A stretch of 39,439 bases of DNA from Betaproteobacteria bacterium. Its GTDB lineage: Bacteria; Pseudomonadota; Gammaproteobacteria; Burkholderiales; SG8-39. This document shows, in pieces, positions 1 to 11,500 of the stretch (position 1 is its first letter; every line of letters starts with the position of its first letter). The stretch spans positions 1-39,439 of the forward strand of contig JAOUFA010000001.1 of assembly GCA_029858545.1 (NCBI GenBank), in the 5' to 3' direction. The notes beneath the pieces were generated by a model. It made no database searches, was not told the DNA's origin, and worked only from the letters and a program-made list of their open reading frames with translations. Position numbers and translations under genes: made by a program.

Positions 1-333
1 GACCACTCAGGGCCCGGGACCCGGGAAGTGTAACAGCGCATCGGATCGCGCGGCAGACGGTCGCGGTCGCGACCCGCCCCGCTCGCGGCGCGCGGCTGCA
101 CGGCGATGCCGCGTCGCCGTGCAGCCGCGCGGCCGAGTACGCAGCGTCGAGTACGGTGCCGTCGCGAGTGCGATCACCGTCGACCATGCGAACCGCGCGA
201 TACCGGGCGCGGGCATGAAAGGACATTCCTGCCCCGGGTCCCAGGCAATCGAAACGCGACTTGCCCCTCGACACCCGCCGGTTGATAGTCGCAGCCGCTC
301 CGCGGCCGTCAGCGACGGCTGTCGCGATGACGG

Positions 334-498
334 CAGCGGCTCCCAGAAAACGCGGTAGCCGTCGATGGCGAAGCCGTTGCCGTGGGTGGTCACCAGACAC
401 GGACCCTTGCCGATGCCATAGCGGCGCATCTCTATGTTCACGCCGTCGGTCATCCGGACGGTGAAGGAATCGTCGGGCTTGGGGGCTGCGGCGCTCAT
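334..498 (-). pseudogene. alpha/beta-hydrolase-fold protein, N-terminal ~55 aa remnant
   Basis: ORF 7..498(-). The first ~55 aa (MRRYGIGKGPCLVTTHGNGFAIDGYRVFWEPL) resemble the N-terminus of alpha/beta hydrolases. The rest is Arg/Ala/Pro-rich, and no GxSxG nucleophile elbow appears in the minus frames I translated. Confidence 0.3.
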
Positions 499-658
499 CG
501 GCGGATTTCTTCCTCGGAAAACGATGGCTTCTAGCAGCCTGGCGCTCCCGCTTCGGGCGCATCGCCGCGGCGTGGCGATGCGACCGGGTGCGCACGCAGC
601 GCATGATCGGGTCGGAGCGCAGCGTGTGCGCCGTCCGGCCGTTGAATTCGTTTCGTTC

Positions 659-2623
659 TCAGTCCGTGCGCGAACGGGCCGCGGGTGCGGGCGATCTTCC
701 CGGATGCAGCAGTAGCTGGCAGGCGACGGTCAGGCCGCCGGCGATCGCCCCGGCCATGTCGGTCCAGGCGGCCCAGTGGGCGATCTGGTCGGGAATCAGG
801 AGGCAGGTTCCGGACACGACGAATCCCGCCCGCAGCCACGGGACGATGGGCCCGGCCAGGTAGCCGACCATGCCCGCGGATATCAGCCATACCCCGATGA
901 TCGCCGTGGCGATTGCGGTGGCCGTCTCGACCGTCGAGCCGCCCTGCAGCAGCAGGGCCGGTGAGAACATGAACAGGAACGGAACGATATAGGCGGTCCA
1001 GCCCAGGCGCATCGCGACGAATCCGGTGCGCATGGGCGGCGCGCCCGCGAGGCTCGCGGCAAAGAAGGCGCCGATCGCCACGGGGGGCGTGATCATCGAC
1101 ATCATGCCCAGATACAGGATGAACATGTGGGAGGCGAGCGGCGAGAACCCGACCTCCACCAGCGAGGGCGCGACGAGCACGGAGAGCAGGACATAGACGC
1201 CGATGGTCGGCATGCCCATGCCCAGGACGATGCACAGGATCGCGGCGATGATCAGCAGCGCGATCAGATTCCCGGCACCGATCTTGACCAGCAGCAGAGT
1301 CAGGGCGAATCCGAAACCGGTGGCCTGCAGTATGCCGCCGATGAATCCGGCCGCCGCGGCGATGATCAGGATGTCCAGGCTGGCCAGTCCGGTCGCGACC
1401 AGGGCATGGACCAGCACGCGGAATTTCATCCGCAGCCCCTTGTAGCCGAAGGCGATGCCGATGCCGCCCACGACCAGCGCGGAGATCAGCGCTGCGAATT
1501 CGGCCTCGCGGTTCTCCCAGAACAACAGGTAGATCAGTACCGCGAACGGGAGGATGAACACGAAACCCGATTTCAGGACCGGTGCGAGCCTTGGAATGTC
1601 CTCCTCGGGCACGCGCTTGATTCCCTTCTTCGCGGCCTCGAGGTCGATCTGGATGAACAGCGAGACGTAATACAGGACCGAGGGGATGAGCGCGGCGATG
1701 ACGATGTCCCGGTAGGGGCGCTGCAGGAAATCGGCCATCACGAAGGCGACAGCGCCCATCACCGGCGGCATGAGTTGGCCGCCGTTCGATGCGGTCGCCT
1801 CGACCGCCGCGGCCTGCTGCGGGCTGAAGCCGGATTTCTTCATCATCGGGATGGTGATCACCCCGGTCGCGAGAATGTTGGAGACGACCACGCCCGAAAT
1901 GGTGCCGAACAGGCTCGAGGCAAGAACGGCGATCTTGGCCGCCCCGCCGCGAAAACGCCCCATCAGACCGAGCGACAGATCGTTGAAGAAGCCTGCCCCC
2001 CCAGATTCGGACAGGAGCTGGCCGAAGAACAGGAACGGGATCACCACGGTCACGCCGACCATCATGATCAGGCCGAACAGCGCACTGGTATCGACGCCCA
2101 GATAGACCATCATCCGGTCGAACTGGACCTCCCGCGTCTGCATTGCGCCGGGAACCAGATGGCCGACCAGCGAATAGAGGATGAAGAAGGCGAGTATGAC
2201 CACCAGCGGCGCGCCCACGGTGCGGCGCAGCCCCTCGGCGGTCAGTGCCAGCAGGATACACGCGGTGACCAGACCTTCGACCGGCGCCTCGAACATCCGG
2301 GTCGACAGATCGGGAAAGTTGTAGGTGACATAAGCGCCGGTGGCGAATGCGACGATCGCGAGCAGCGCGTCGTACCAGGGCAGCGGGCCGCGCACGACCC
2401 CCTGGCTTGCCGGGCAGTGCAGGAACACGAGCGCGAGGGCGGCGGCGTAGGTTGCCGCGAGATACTGTTCGGGCAGGAACAGCAGTCCGACGAAGCGGTA
2501 GAAATCGATCGCCCAGAGCAGTGAGCCCACGGCGATGGCGATGGCCAGCGCGGGGCGCAGCACGCGCACCGTCGGCGAAAGTGGCGGTGCGCTGCCGCCC
2601 GACGATGCGTCGTTCAGAGCCAA
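659..2623 (-). CDS. TRAP transporter fused permease (TAXI-type 4TM/12TM DctQM fusion)
   Basis: 654-aa highly hydrophobic ORF with many TM segments and typical fused-permease length. It lies 36 nt downstream of a TAXI solute receptor on the same strand. The start is a TTG, so the exact start is uncertain. Confidence 0.9.
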   Translation of the reverse strand: MALNDASSGGSAPPLSPTVRVLRPALAIAIAVGSLLWAIDFYRFVGLLFLPEQYLAATYAAALALVFLHCPASQGVVRGPLPWYDALLAIVAFATGAYVTYNFPDLSTRMFEAPVEGLVTACILLALTAEGLRRTVGAPLVVILAFFILYSLVGHLVPGAMQTREVQFDRMMVYLGVDTSALFGLIMMVGVTVVIPFLFFGQLLSESGGAGFFNDLSLGLMGRFRGGAAKIAVLASSLFGTISGVVVSNILATGVITIPMMKKSGFSPQQAAAVEATASNGGQLMPPVMGAVAFVMADFLQRPYRDIVIAALIPSVLYYVSLFIQIDLEAAKKGIKRVPEEDIPRLAPVLKSGFVFILPFAVLIYLLFWENREAEFAALISALVVGGIGIAFGYKGLRMKFRVLVHALVATGLASLDILIIAAAAGFIGGILQATGFGFALTLLLVKIGAGNLIALLIIAAILCIVLGMGMPTIGVYVLLSVLVAPSLVEVGFSPLASHMFILYLGMMSMITPPVAIGAFFAASLAGAPPMRTGFVAMRLGWTAYIVPFLFMFSPALLLQGGSTVETATAIATAIIGVWLISAGMVGYLAGPIVPWLRAGFVVSGTCLLIPDQIAHWAAWTDMAGAIAGGLTVACQLLLHPGRSPAPAARSRTD

Positions 2624-2659
2624 TCCGGTCCGATCAGTTTCCCGATTCGCGGCCGGGAC

Positions 2660-3646
2660 TCACTTTCCCGTCGCGATCCCCGCTTCCTTGAAGAACCTGA
2701 GCGCGCCCGGGTGGTACTGCAGTCGATCCTGGGTCGCGGCCATCCCGGCCTGCGTGAATGCGCCGAAGGATGGATGGCCGGCCACCAGCCCCGGCTTGTT
2801 CCCGTGCGCGGTCTTGACCACCTTGTATACGAGATCCGCGGGGGTGTCCTTGTGGGTCAGCAGGACGATGTAATACTCCATCAGATTGGTCGGGCCGATC
2901 ACGCCGGGAAAATTCGGCGCGGGCTGAACCAGCGCGACGTGATATTCGCTGCGCACGGCACGCATTCTCGCGTTGGCCTGAGGAGAATTCTCCATATTGA
3001 GGAAGCGCACGCCGCCGTCGATCGAGGCGTGAATTTCGGCAACCTTGGGTCCACCGATGGCAAACATGAAGGCGTCGGACTTGCCCGCCTTGAAGTCCTC
3101 CGCCGCGCGCAGCAGATCGGTCGTCGGCACGGGCGAGGTGTCCTTGAGGCTGAGCCCGGCATTGGCGAGCAGCCCGTCCCAGAGCGCGATGCCCTGTTTG
3201 AACGAGGTCCATTCGCTGCCGACGCGCTTGCCCTTCATGTCCGCAACCGTCTTGATGTCGGAATTGTTGCGCACGATGATGCCGACGCGAAACGGGAATA
3301 CGGTGAAGGCCACCCGAAGATCCTTCATCGGCCTGCCCTGGTGCTGATTTATACCGGTAAACGCGTCACCGGCCTCCTCGTTGCTGGTATAGGCGAATTC
3401 GGCCTGCTTGTTCTGCACCGCGCCGATGATCGCGGCAGGCGAGCTGAAGGTGAGCAGGCGCATCTGCAGATCGGAATGCTCCTGGACCACCTTGGCGATC
3501 GCGGCCGCCTGCACGTTGTTTATCGATCCCGGCGGCAGTGTCGAGATGGCGACCGTCTGCGCCGCGGCCTGCCCAGTGGCCAGCACCGCGAGCATTATCG
3601 CGGCAGCGACCGTCGCCAGCGCGCTTCTGCACAAGTTTCTGATCAT
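2660..3646 (-). CDS. TRAP transporter solute receptor, TAXI family
   Basis: 328 aa with signal peptide MIRNLCRSALATVAAAIMLAVLATGQAAAQ. TAXI/immunogenic-protein-like sequence (LTFSSPAAIIGAV, FAIGGPKVAEI, YHPGALRFFKEAG). AGGAGG Shine-Dalgarno 7-8 nt upstream of the ATG. Confidence 0.9.
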   Translation of the reverse strand: MIRNLCRSALATVAAAIMLAVLATGQAAAQTVAISTLPPGSINNVQAAAIAKVVQEHSDLQMRLLTFSSPAAIIGAVQNKQAEFAYTSNEEAGDAFTGINQHQGRPMKDLRVAFTVFPFRVGIIVRNNSDIKTVADMKGKRVGSEWTSFKQGIALWDGLLANAGLSLKDTSPVPTTDLLRAAEDFKAGKSDAFMFAIGGPKVAEIHASIDGGVRFLNMENSPQANARMRAVRSEYHVALVQPAPNFPGVIGPTNLMEYYIVLLTHKDTPADLVYKVVKTAHGNKPGLVAGHPSFGAFTQAGMAATQDRLQYHPGALRFFKEAGIATGK

Positions 3647-3807
3647 TTTCGGATCCTCCTCCTTGAGAGCGTTCCAGGGCGCCCGGCGGCTGCGGCCGTA
3701 CGCCAGGTACGGCCGGCATGCCGAGTTTCGGCCACCGGCTGCGAACCATCATTCTACGCGAACGGGCCGTCCGGCGTTCCCCAAAGGCACGCGCAAGGAT
3801 GGCCGCA

Positions 3808-4215
3808 CTATTCCACCTTGGCGCCCGAGACGGCGATCACCTTGGCCATCTTGTCGAAATTCGAGCGCAGCAGCTGATCGAACGCCTCGGGCGACAGCGC
3901 CAGGGGCTCGAGGCCTTGCCTGGCCAGCCGTTCGACGATCGACGGGTTCTTCACCAGGGCATTCAATTCCGCGACGTTCCTGGCCGGCACCGTGGAACTG
4001 GCTATCAGCATGTAGCCGCTGGTGCCGACGACCGCGACGCCGGCGAAGTCCCGGATCGGATCGTAGGGCAGCTTGGCGTAGAGCGAACCGTTGATAGTGT
4101 GGCTCGCCGCCGTAAAGAGCAGCGGCTGCCCGTCCGGCGCCGCTTTCGCCACCACCGACGTGCCGATGGTTCCCCCGGCGCCGGCGCGGTTCCGATCATT
4201 GCAGCTTGCAGCCAC
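3808..4215 (-). pseudogene. Bug/TctC-family tripartite tricarboxylate transporter substrate-binding protein remnant
   Basis: Retains NRAGAGGTIGTSVVAKAAPDGQPLL...LPYDPIRDFAGVAVV, then jumps straight to the C-terminal KNPSIVERLARQGLEP...FDKMAKVIAVSGAKVE. The N-terminal ~60 aa and roughly 130 internal aa of a typical ~320-aa Bug protein are missing. Confidence 0.75.
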
Positions 4216-4284
4216 TTGGGTCGGGTCATGCAGGATCCTCGTTCAGGGTGCGCGTTTTCGCTGAACCGCCCGGCATCGAAACGC

Positions 4285-4785
4285 TCAATACTTGACGAGA
4301 CTTGGCAGGTAAGTGGCGATCTCCGGGAACACCATGACCACGATGGTCAGCAGGATGATCGCGTACAGAAAGGGAAAGATCCCCCGGAAGATGGTATTCA
4401 GGGATCTCCGGAGCGATGCCCTTGATCACGAAGACGTTGACGCCGACCGGGGGCGTGATCACTCCCATTTCGCCGGTCAGGACGATGATGACCCCGAACC
4501 AGATCGGGTCGAAGCCGAGCTTCTGGACGATGGGATAGAAGATGGGGATGGTCACGACGATGAGGGCCATGGAATCCATGAAGAATCCGCCCAGGAAGTA
4601 GATCAGGATGATGATCGCCATGACCGCCATCCTGTGGATATCGAGACCGCCCACCCAGTCGGCGAGCTTGAACGGAATGGCCGATACCGCCAGGAAATGG
4701 CGCGAATACCACCGCGCCGGCGATGATGAACATGACCATGCAGCTGGTGCGCAGCCCGTCCTTCCCGGTTTCCACGAGCTCCTTC
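4285..4785 (-). pseudogene. TRAP large permease (DctM) C-terminal remnant with two frameshifts
   Basis: DctM-like text is split over three minus frames: LKELVETGKDGLRTSCMVMFIIAGAVVF / ARHFLAVSAIPFKLADWVGGLDIHRMAVMAIIILIYFLGGFFMD...ITPPVGVNVFVIKGIAPEIP / IFRGIFPFLYAIILLTIVVMVFPEIATYLPSLVKY*. Shifts lie near 4700 and 4388. The 5' two-thirds of the gene are cut off at repeat copy A. Confidence 0.75.
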
Positions 4786-4949
4786 AACTTACCACTAGAC
4801 TCTGCCGCAATCGCTCTCCTCGGGCGCGCGTCGCGGAGCGAGATGGACATAATGCGCATTGCAGACCGCTCAGGGCGCGTTCCGGCGCGGGATTGTCGTG
4901 CGCAGGCAAGCTGTTCAGACTTTCGAGGCGCATTGATTTCCCTATCCGT
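4786..4949 (+). repeat. 164-bp structured interspersed element, full copy A
   Basis: AACTTACCACTAGACTCTGC...GATTTCCCTATCCGT. It differs from copy B at 8 positions, all within element nt 21-51, and is ~85% identical to copy C with no indels. Confidence 0.95.
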
Positions 4950-5082
4950 CGGCGGATGGCCTGCCAGGGCGGCGACAACGGCGTCGGCCGCCACCGTCGC
5001 GGCGAGCGGACGTGACCGGACTGCAGATCGGGCTCACGCCTGGTCCTCGCGAGCATGCGAATGTGGGCCTGCCCCTCTTCGC

Positions 5083-5470
5083 TCAGCGCTTGCCCAGGTA
5101 CAGTCGCGCCACGCGCTCGTCGTCGATCAGACGCGGTGCCTGGTCCTGGTGGATCTGGATTCGGCCCAGCTCCGTCATGCGTCCGCGGTACTCGCGACAG
5201 GAGACCATCGGGAAAACGAATGTTATGCCGGCTCCTTGGCCGCGGTATACCTTCGGGACGGTTGGCTCAGGAACGACATGGCGTGTTCGATGAGTCGAAA
5301 GGTCACCCGGTAGGCGCGCTGCGCAGGAATATCGCCTCCGGTAATCATGAGGAATTGAATTTCATCTCCCATGCAGGCCAGGTACGGTGGCCCAATAGCA
5401 GACCCCGTGTATGATCCATGCAAATGCCAGGGCAACAAGCGGCCCTGGTCCTTTCGCCGCTGTCCCGAGA
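5083..5470 (-). pseudogene. decayed HAAT/LivF-like ABC ATPase C-terminal remnant
   Basis: The minus frame ends ...GAGITFVFPMVSCREYRGRMTELGRIQIHQDQAPRLIDDERVARLYLGKR*, which fits the TILLVEQN...DRGYVLE.GRI....YLG pattern. Upstream, another frame reads FSGQRRKDQGRLLPW, a possible degenerate LSGGEQQ signature. Weak and fragmentary. Confidence 0.3.
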
Positions 5471-5581
5471 ATACCCACCGGGCGTCCGGGCCAAACAGCC
5501 CCAGTATTCCGATCATCGTCGCCTTGGCGTCAGGCCGTGTGACGCAACTGCAACCGTTCATCGAACGGGGGGGATAACAAC

Positions 5582-8500
5582 ATGGGACCGGCGTGGAAGA
5601 CAGGCAATTCTGTTCTTCTTCGCCATTGGCGCAGGATAGGCACAGGTCTGAGCAGGGCGCGCACGGCCGGAAGTAGCGCAGCGGAAAAATCTTTCGACGA
5701 AGAGCCGCCGCTGCGGGCGGAATTGTTCAGCACCGAGCAGATGGAGCAGCACGGCGCGCGTCTCGCCTCGGTCCACCGTTTAAAGCCTGGCCGTGTGCCG
5801 GACCAACTGCTGTCGCGGCTGGCCGCGAACGAGACTGCGCTGGTCGAAACCTGCGATCGGCTGACCGTAGCGATCGCGGAAACGCACCGCATCACGCCCG
5901 CCGGGGAATGGCTGCTCGACAACTTCTATCTCGTCGAGGAACAGATCCGCACGGCCCGGCGCCACCTCCCCAAGGGCTACAGCCGGGAACTGCCTGCCCT
6001 GGCCGAGGGCGCTTCGGCCGGACTGCCGCGCGTGTATGACCTTGCCCTTGAGACCATCGCCCATGGCGACGGACGGGTGGACCCGGACAGCCTAGGCCGT
6101 TTCATCACCGCGTACCAGACAATAACCCCCCTCAGGCTGGGCGAGTTGTGGGCCATTCCCATCATGCTGCGTCTGGCGCTGATCGAAAATCTGCGCCGCG
6201 TCGCAGTGCGCATCGCCGGCGGCAGGATGCATCTTGATCTGGCCGTCGAGTGGGCGAGCAAGCTGACAAGAATCGCCCGCGACGATCCGAAAAACATGAT
6301 CCTGGTGATCGCGGACATGGCGCGATCGAAACCGCCCATGACGACGCCATTCGTGTCGGAACTGGCGCGGCGCCTGCAGGGACACGGTCCCGCCCTGGCC
6401 TTGCCGTTGACCTGGATCGAGCAGCAACTGGCCGCATCGGGCTTGAGCATCGAGCAGCTGGTACGGTCGGGAAATCAGCAGCAGGCGGCCGATCAGGTTT
6501 CCATCAGCAACAGCATCGGCAGCCTGCGCTTGCTCGGAACCATGGACTGGCGCGAGTTCGTCGAGACCATGAGCGTGGTCGAACAGACCCTGCGCACAGA
6601 ACCGGGCGCGGCCTATGCCGCGATGAACTTCGCCAGCCGCGACCGCTACCGCCATGTCATCGAGCAAGTGGCGAAGGCCAGCGGACTTTCCGAAGCGGCG
6701 GTATCCAGCCACGCCATCGCGCTGGCGCGGGCGGGTGCGGCCCGGGGCGGACAGACCGACAGAATGGCGCATGTGGGCTATTACCTGATCGACCGGGGGC
6801 TGACCGAGCTGGAACGCGCGGCCCAGGCACGCCTTCCATTGGCGGCGATGCTGCGGCGCTGGGCAAGCCGGAACCCGTTGTTGGTCTATCTGGGCACCAT
6901 CACGCTGCTCACGCTGCTGCTGACCAGCGGCCTGTTGGCGGAGGCGCAGACGCAGGCCAGCGATGTGCTCACTCGGGGTGAGATCCATTGGGTGCTCGCA
7001 TTGACGGTCATACTCGCACTGCTGGCCTCCAGCCAACTCGCGGTCGCGCTGGTGAACTGGCTGGCCACATTGCTGACGTCGCCGCATTCGCTGCCGTGCA
7101 TGGACTACTCGGCGGGCATCCCGCCGGAATCACGCGCCCTGGTGGTGGTCCCGACCATGCTCACCAGCCCGCAGAACATCGACAGCCTGGTCGAGGCGCT
7201 GGAAGTGAGATTTCTCGCCAATCGCGACGACAACCTGCACTTCGGGCTGTTGACCGATTTTCGCGACGCTGCCGAGGAAACGCTGGCCGGGGATGCGCCG
7301 CTGCTGGATCTTGCGCGGCAGCGGATCGACGCCATGAATGCGCAGTACGCGCGCGGCGGCAAAGACATCTTCTTCCTGTTTCATCGCCCGCGCCGCTGGA
7401 ATCCCCACGACAAGATATGGATGGGTTACGAGCGCAAGCGCGGCAAGCTGGCGGACCTGAATGCGTTGCTGCGCGAAGGAAACGGTGAAGGCTTCTCCCT
7501 GGTGGTCGGCGCGACCGCGGCACTCGCCGGCGTGAAATACGTGATCACCCTGGACACGGATAGTCAATTGCCGCGCGATGCCGCGCGCCAATTCGTGGGC
7601 GCCATGGCGCACCCGCTGAACCGTCCGGTCTACGACGCGGCCCTGGGGCGGGTCAGCGCGGGCTACGGCATCTTGCAACCGCGGGTGAGCGTGAGCCTGT
7701 CCGGCGCAAGCCAGTCGCGCTATGCGCGCCTGCACGGCGGCGAGCCCGGCATTGACCCGTATACCCGCGCCGTCTCCGACGTCTACCAGGATGCGTTCCA
7801 GGAAGGTTCGTTCATCGGCAAGGGGATTTACGACCTCGATGCGTTCGAACAGTCGCTCAAGGGACGCTTTCCCGAAAACCGGATCCTCAGCCACGATCTT
7901 CTGGAAGGCTGCTACGCACGCGCCGGGTTGTTGAGCGACGTGCAGCTATACGAGGAGTACCCGGCCCGCTACCTCGCCGACGTCAACCGCCGCTACCGCT
8001 GGATCCGAGGCGACTGGCAACTTGCGGCCTGGGTGCTGCCGTGGGTGCCCGGTTCCGACGGGCGGCTGCGCAAGAACCCCCTCTCCGCGCTGTCGCGCTG
8101 GAAGCTGTTCGACAACCTGCGCCGCAGCCTGGTGCCAGCGGCGTTGACGCTGCTGTTGCTGCTGGGCTGGACGCTGTTTTCTTCATCCCTGCTCTGGACC
8201 CTGGCGGTGCTCGGCATCCTTTTGATCCCGCCGGTGCTGGCCACTTTGCCGGAGGTGTTGCGCAACCCCGGCGACATGCGTCCGGATCAGCATCTCGCTG
8301 CAGCAGTCCACGCCGCCGGCCAGCGCATCGTCCAGACCGGCTTTGCCCTGGCGACGCTGCCCCATGAGGCGTTCTACAGCCTGGATGCGATCTTGCGTAC
8401 CCTCGGGCGTTTGCTGGTCACGCACAAACGGCTGCTCGAATGGAATCCCTCCGGCGACCAGGAACGACTGAGCCGCAGGGACCTGGCCACCTCGTTCCGC

Positions 8501-11500
8501 GCCATGGGGTTCGCACCCACCCTCGCCGCCGGCACGGCCATTTATCTGGCTGCGTCCGATCCGCCCGCGCTGCCCGTGGCGGGCTCCATCCTGATTCTGT
8601 GGCTGGTGTCCCCCGCGATCGCCTGGTGGATCAGCCTGCCCCTCACCCGCCGCGCGGCTCGGTTGACGACCGAGCAGACCCGTTTTCTCGGCAGGATCGC
8701 GCGCAAGACCTGGGCCTTCTTCGACACCTACGTCGGTCCGGAAGATCATTGGCTGCCCCCGGACAATTGCCAGGAATACCACGACGTTCTCACGGTGGCG
8801 CATCGCACATCGCCCACAAACATGGGGCTGGCCCTGCTGGCGAATCTGACTGCCCACGACTTCGGTTATATCCCGGCCGGCGTGCTGGTCGAGCGCACGT
8901 CCCATACCCTGAAGACCATGGCGGAACTGGAACGGCATCGCGGCCATTTCTTCAACTGGTACGACACGCAATCGCTGCGACCGCTGCACCCCGTCTACAT
9001 CTCAACCGTGGACAGCGGCAACCTGGCGGGCCATCTCCTGACCCTGCGTCCGGGCCTGATCGAACTCATTGACCGCCCGATCCTGGAGACCCGCTGGTTG
9101 GACGGCCTGGGCGATACCGTGGGGATCCTGGAGGAGGCAGCGGGCAAGGCCGCACCGGCAACGCTGATCCAATTCCGGCAGGACCTCGAAACGGCATGCG
9201 CATCCCTGCCGACCACGCTCCCGGCGGCACAGATGCTGCTCGACCGGCTGGCGCGATCCGCCGAGGCGATCGGCGACGAACTGGGGAATGAGCCCGAAAG
9301 CCAGGCGGGCTGGTGGGCACAGGCGTTGGTCCGGCAATGCAATGCACACCGCGACGAGCTGACGTTTCTTGCGCCCTGGGCCAATCTGGCGCAAGTGCCC
9401 GAGGGCCTCGGCGATCTTCCCGACGTCGATGCGATCCCGACGCTGCGCGCCCTGGCGGAACTCGAAGTCGCCACGTCGAGCCGCCTCGCGAACCTGTCGG
9501 AGGCGGACGCGACGCCCGCGCGGGCGACGTGGCTGACCGAACTGCGCCGCCGCGTCGCGCAGGGCAGCGAGCACGCCCGGGCCCGCATCGCGGCCATCCA
9601 GAGTCTTGCGCTGCAGGTCGGCGAATTTGCGGACATGGAATATGGCTTCCTGTACGACAAAGCATCACGCCTGCTGAGCATAGGCTACAACCTGGACGCG
9701 CGGCGGCTGGACGCGAGTTACTACGATCTGCTGGCTTCGGAAGTGCGCTTGTGCGTGTTCGTCGCCATTGCCCAGGGAAAAATTCCCCAGGAGAGCTGGT
9801 TCGCGCTCGGCCGCTTGCTCACGCGCGCCGGCGGCGAACCGATCCTGCTGTCGTGGAGCGGCTCGATGTTCGAGTATCTGATGCCGCAACTTGTTATGCC
9901 GAGCTACGAGCACACCCTGCTCGACCAGACCGCCCGGGCGGCGGTGGCGCGGCAGATCGAGTACGGGCAGCAGCACGGCCTGCCATGGGGCATGTCGGAA
10001 TCCGGTTACGACACGGTGGACGTGCATCTCAATTACCAATATCGCGCCTTCGGCGTGCCCGGCCTGGGGCTGAAACGTGGGCTCGCCGAAGAGATGGTCG
10101 TCGCGCCCTACGCCTCGGCGCTGGCGTTGATGGTGGCGCCGGAGGCGGCCTGCCTGAACCTGCAACGGCTCGCCGCCGCTGGCGCGGAAGGGCAGTTCGG
10201 TTTTCATGAGGCCATCGACTACACCCCGGCACGACAACGACGCGGCGAATCCCATGCCCTGGTGCGCTCCTACATGGCCCATCACCAGGGCATGAGCCTG
10301 CTCGCCCTGGCCTGTCTGCTGCTGGGTCGTCCGATGCAGAAGCGCTTTGCCTCCGATCCGCTGTTCCAGGCCACCCTGCTGTTGCTGCAGGAGCGGATCC
10401 CCAAGGCCTCGGCGTTCTATGCCCACGCCGCCGAACTCACCGGCATCCAGGCAGGCGCGGGCAGCCCGCAGATGCCGATCCGCTTGCTCGACAGCCCCGA
10501 CACGCCGGTCCCGGAAGTGCAGTTGCTCTCGAACGGCCGCTATCACGTCATGGTGACCAACGCGGGCGGCGGCTACAGCCGCTGGAAGGACTTGGCTCTG
10601 ACGCGCTGGCGCGAGGACGGCACCCGTGATCATTGGGGCACGTTCTGCTACCTGCGCGACGTGGAAAGTGGCGCGTTCTGGTCCACCGCGCACCAGCCCA
10701 CCTTGCGCCGGGGGGCAAGCTACGAAGCGATCTTTTCGGAAGGGCGCGCGGAATTCCGCCGCCGCGATCGGGGTGACGATTTCGATTTCGACACCCACAC
10801 CGATATCGTCGTATCCCCGGAAGACGACATCGAACTGCGCCGGGTGCGCGTCACCAACCGTTCCACCGCGCGTCGGACGATCGAAGTCACCAGCTACGCG
10901 GAGGTGGTGCTGGCGGACCCCGCCGCCGACGCGCTGCATCCGGCGTTCAGCAATCTGTTCGTGCAGACCGAGATCGTTGCGGCGCGCCAAGCCATTCTCT
11001 GCACCCGCCGCCCACGCTCGCGCGACGAACAGACGCCCTGGATGTTTCATTTGATGGCCGTGCATGACGGGGACGTCGACGGGTTTTCCTATGAAACCGA
11101 CCGAGCACGCTTCATCGGCCGGGGACGCAGCCTCGCCGCGCCCCAGGCGATGGACACCGCCGCGGCGCTGTCCGGCAGCCAGGGCTCTGTACTGGACCCG
11201 GTAGCGGCTATCCGCTCTCGGATCACTCTCGCACCGGGACAGTCGGCCAACGTGGACCAGGTCTATGGCATCGGCGACAGCCGCGAAGCCGCTTTGAATC
11301 TCGTGGAGAAATATCAGGACCGGCGCCTTGCCGACCGTGTCTTCGAATTGGCCTGGACCCATGCCCAGGTGGTGCTGCGACAGATCAACGCGGGGGAAGT
11401 GGACGCGCAACTCTACGGACGCCTGGCCAATTCGATCCTCCACGCCAATACCTCGTTGCGCGCCGACAGCAGCGTGCTCACGAAAAATCGGCGCGGGCAA

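Noticed and set aside
4786-4810. tRNA-like origin of the element's left end (reverse complement GCAGAGTCTAGTGGTAAGTT resembles a D-arm)
   Set aside because: No acceptor stem, anticodon arm or T-arm (GTTCRAnnC) can be built around it. No cloverleaf is possible in any copy.
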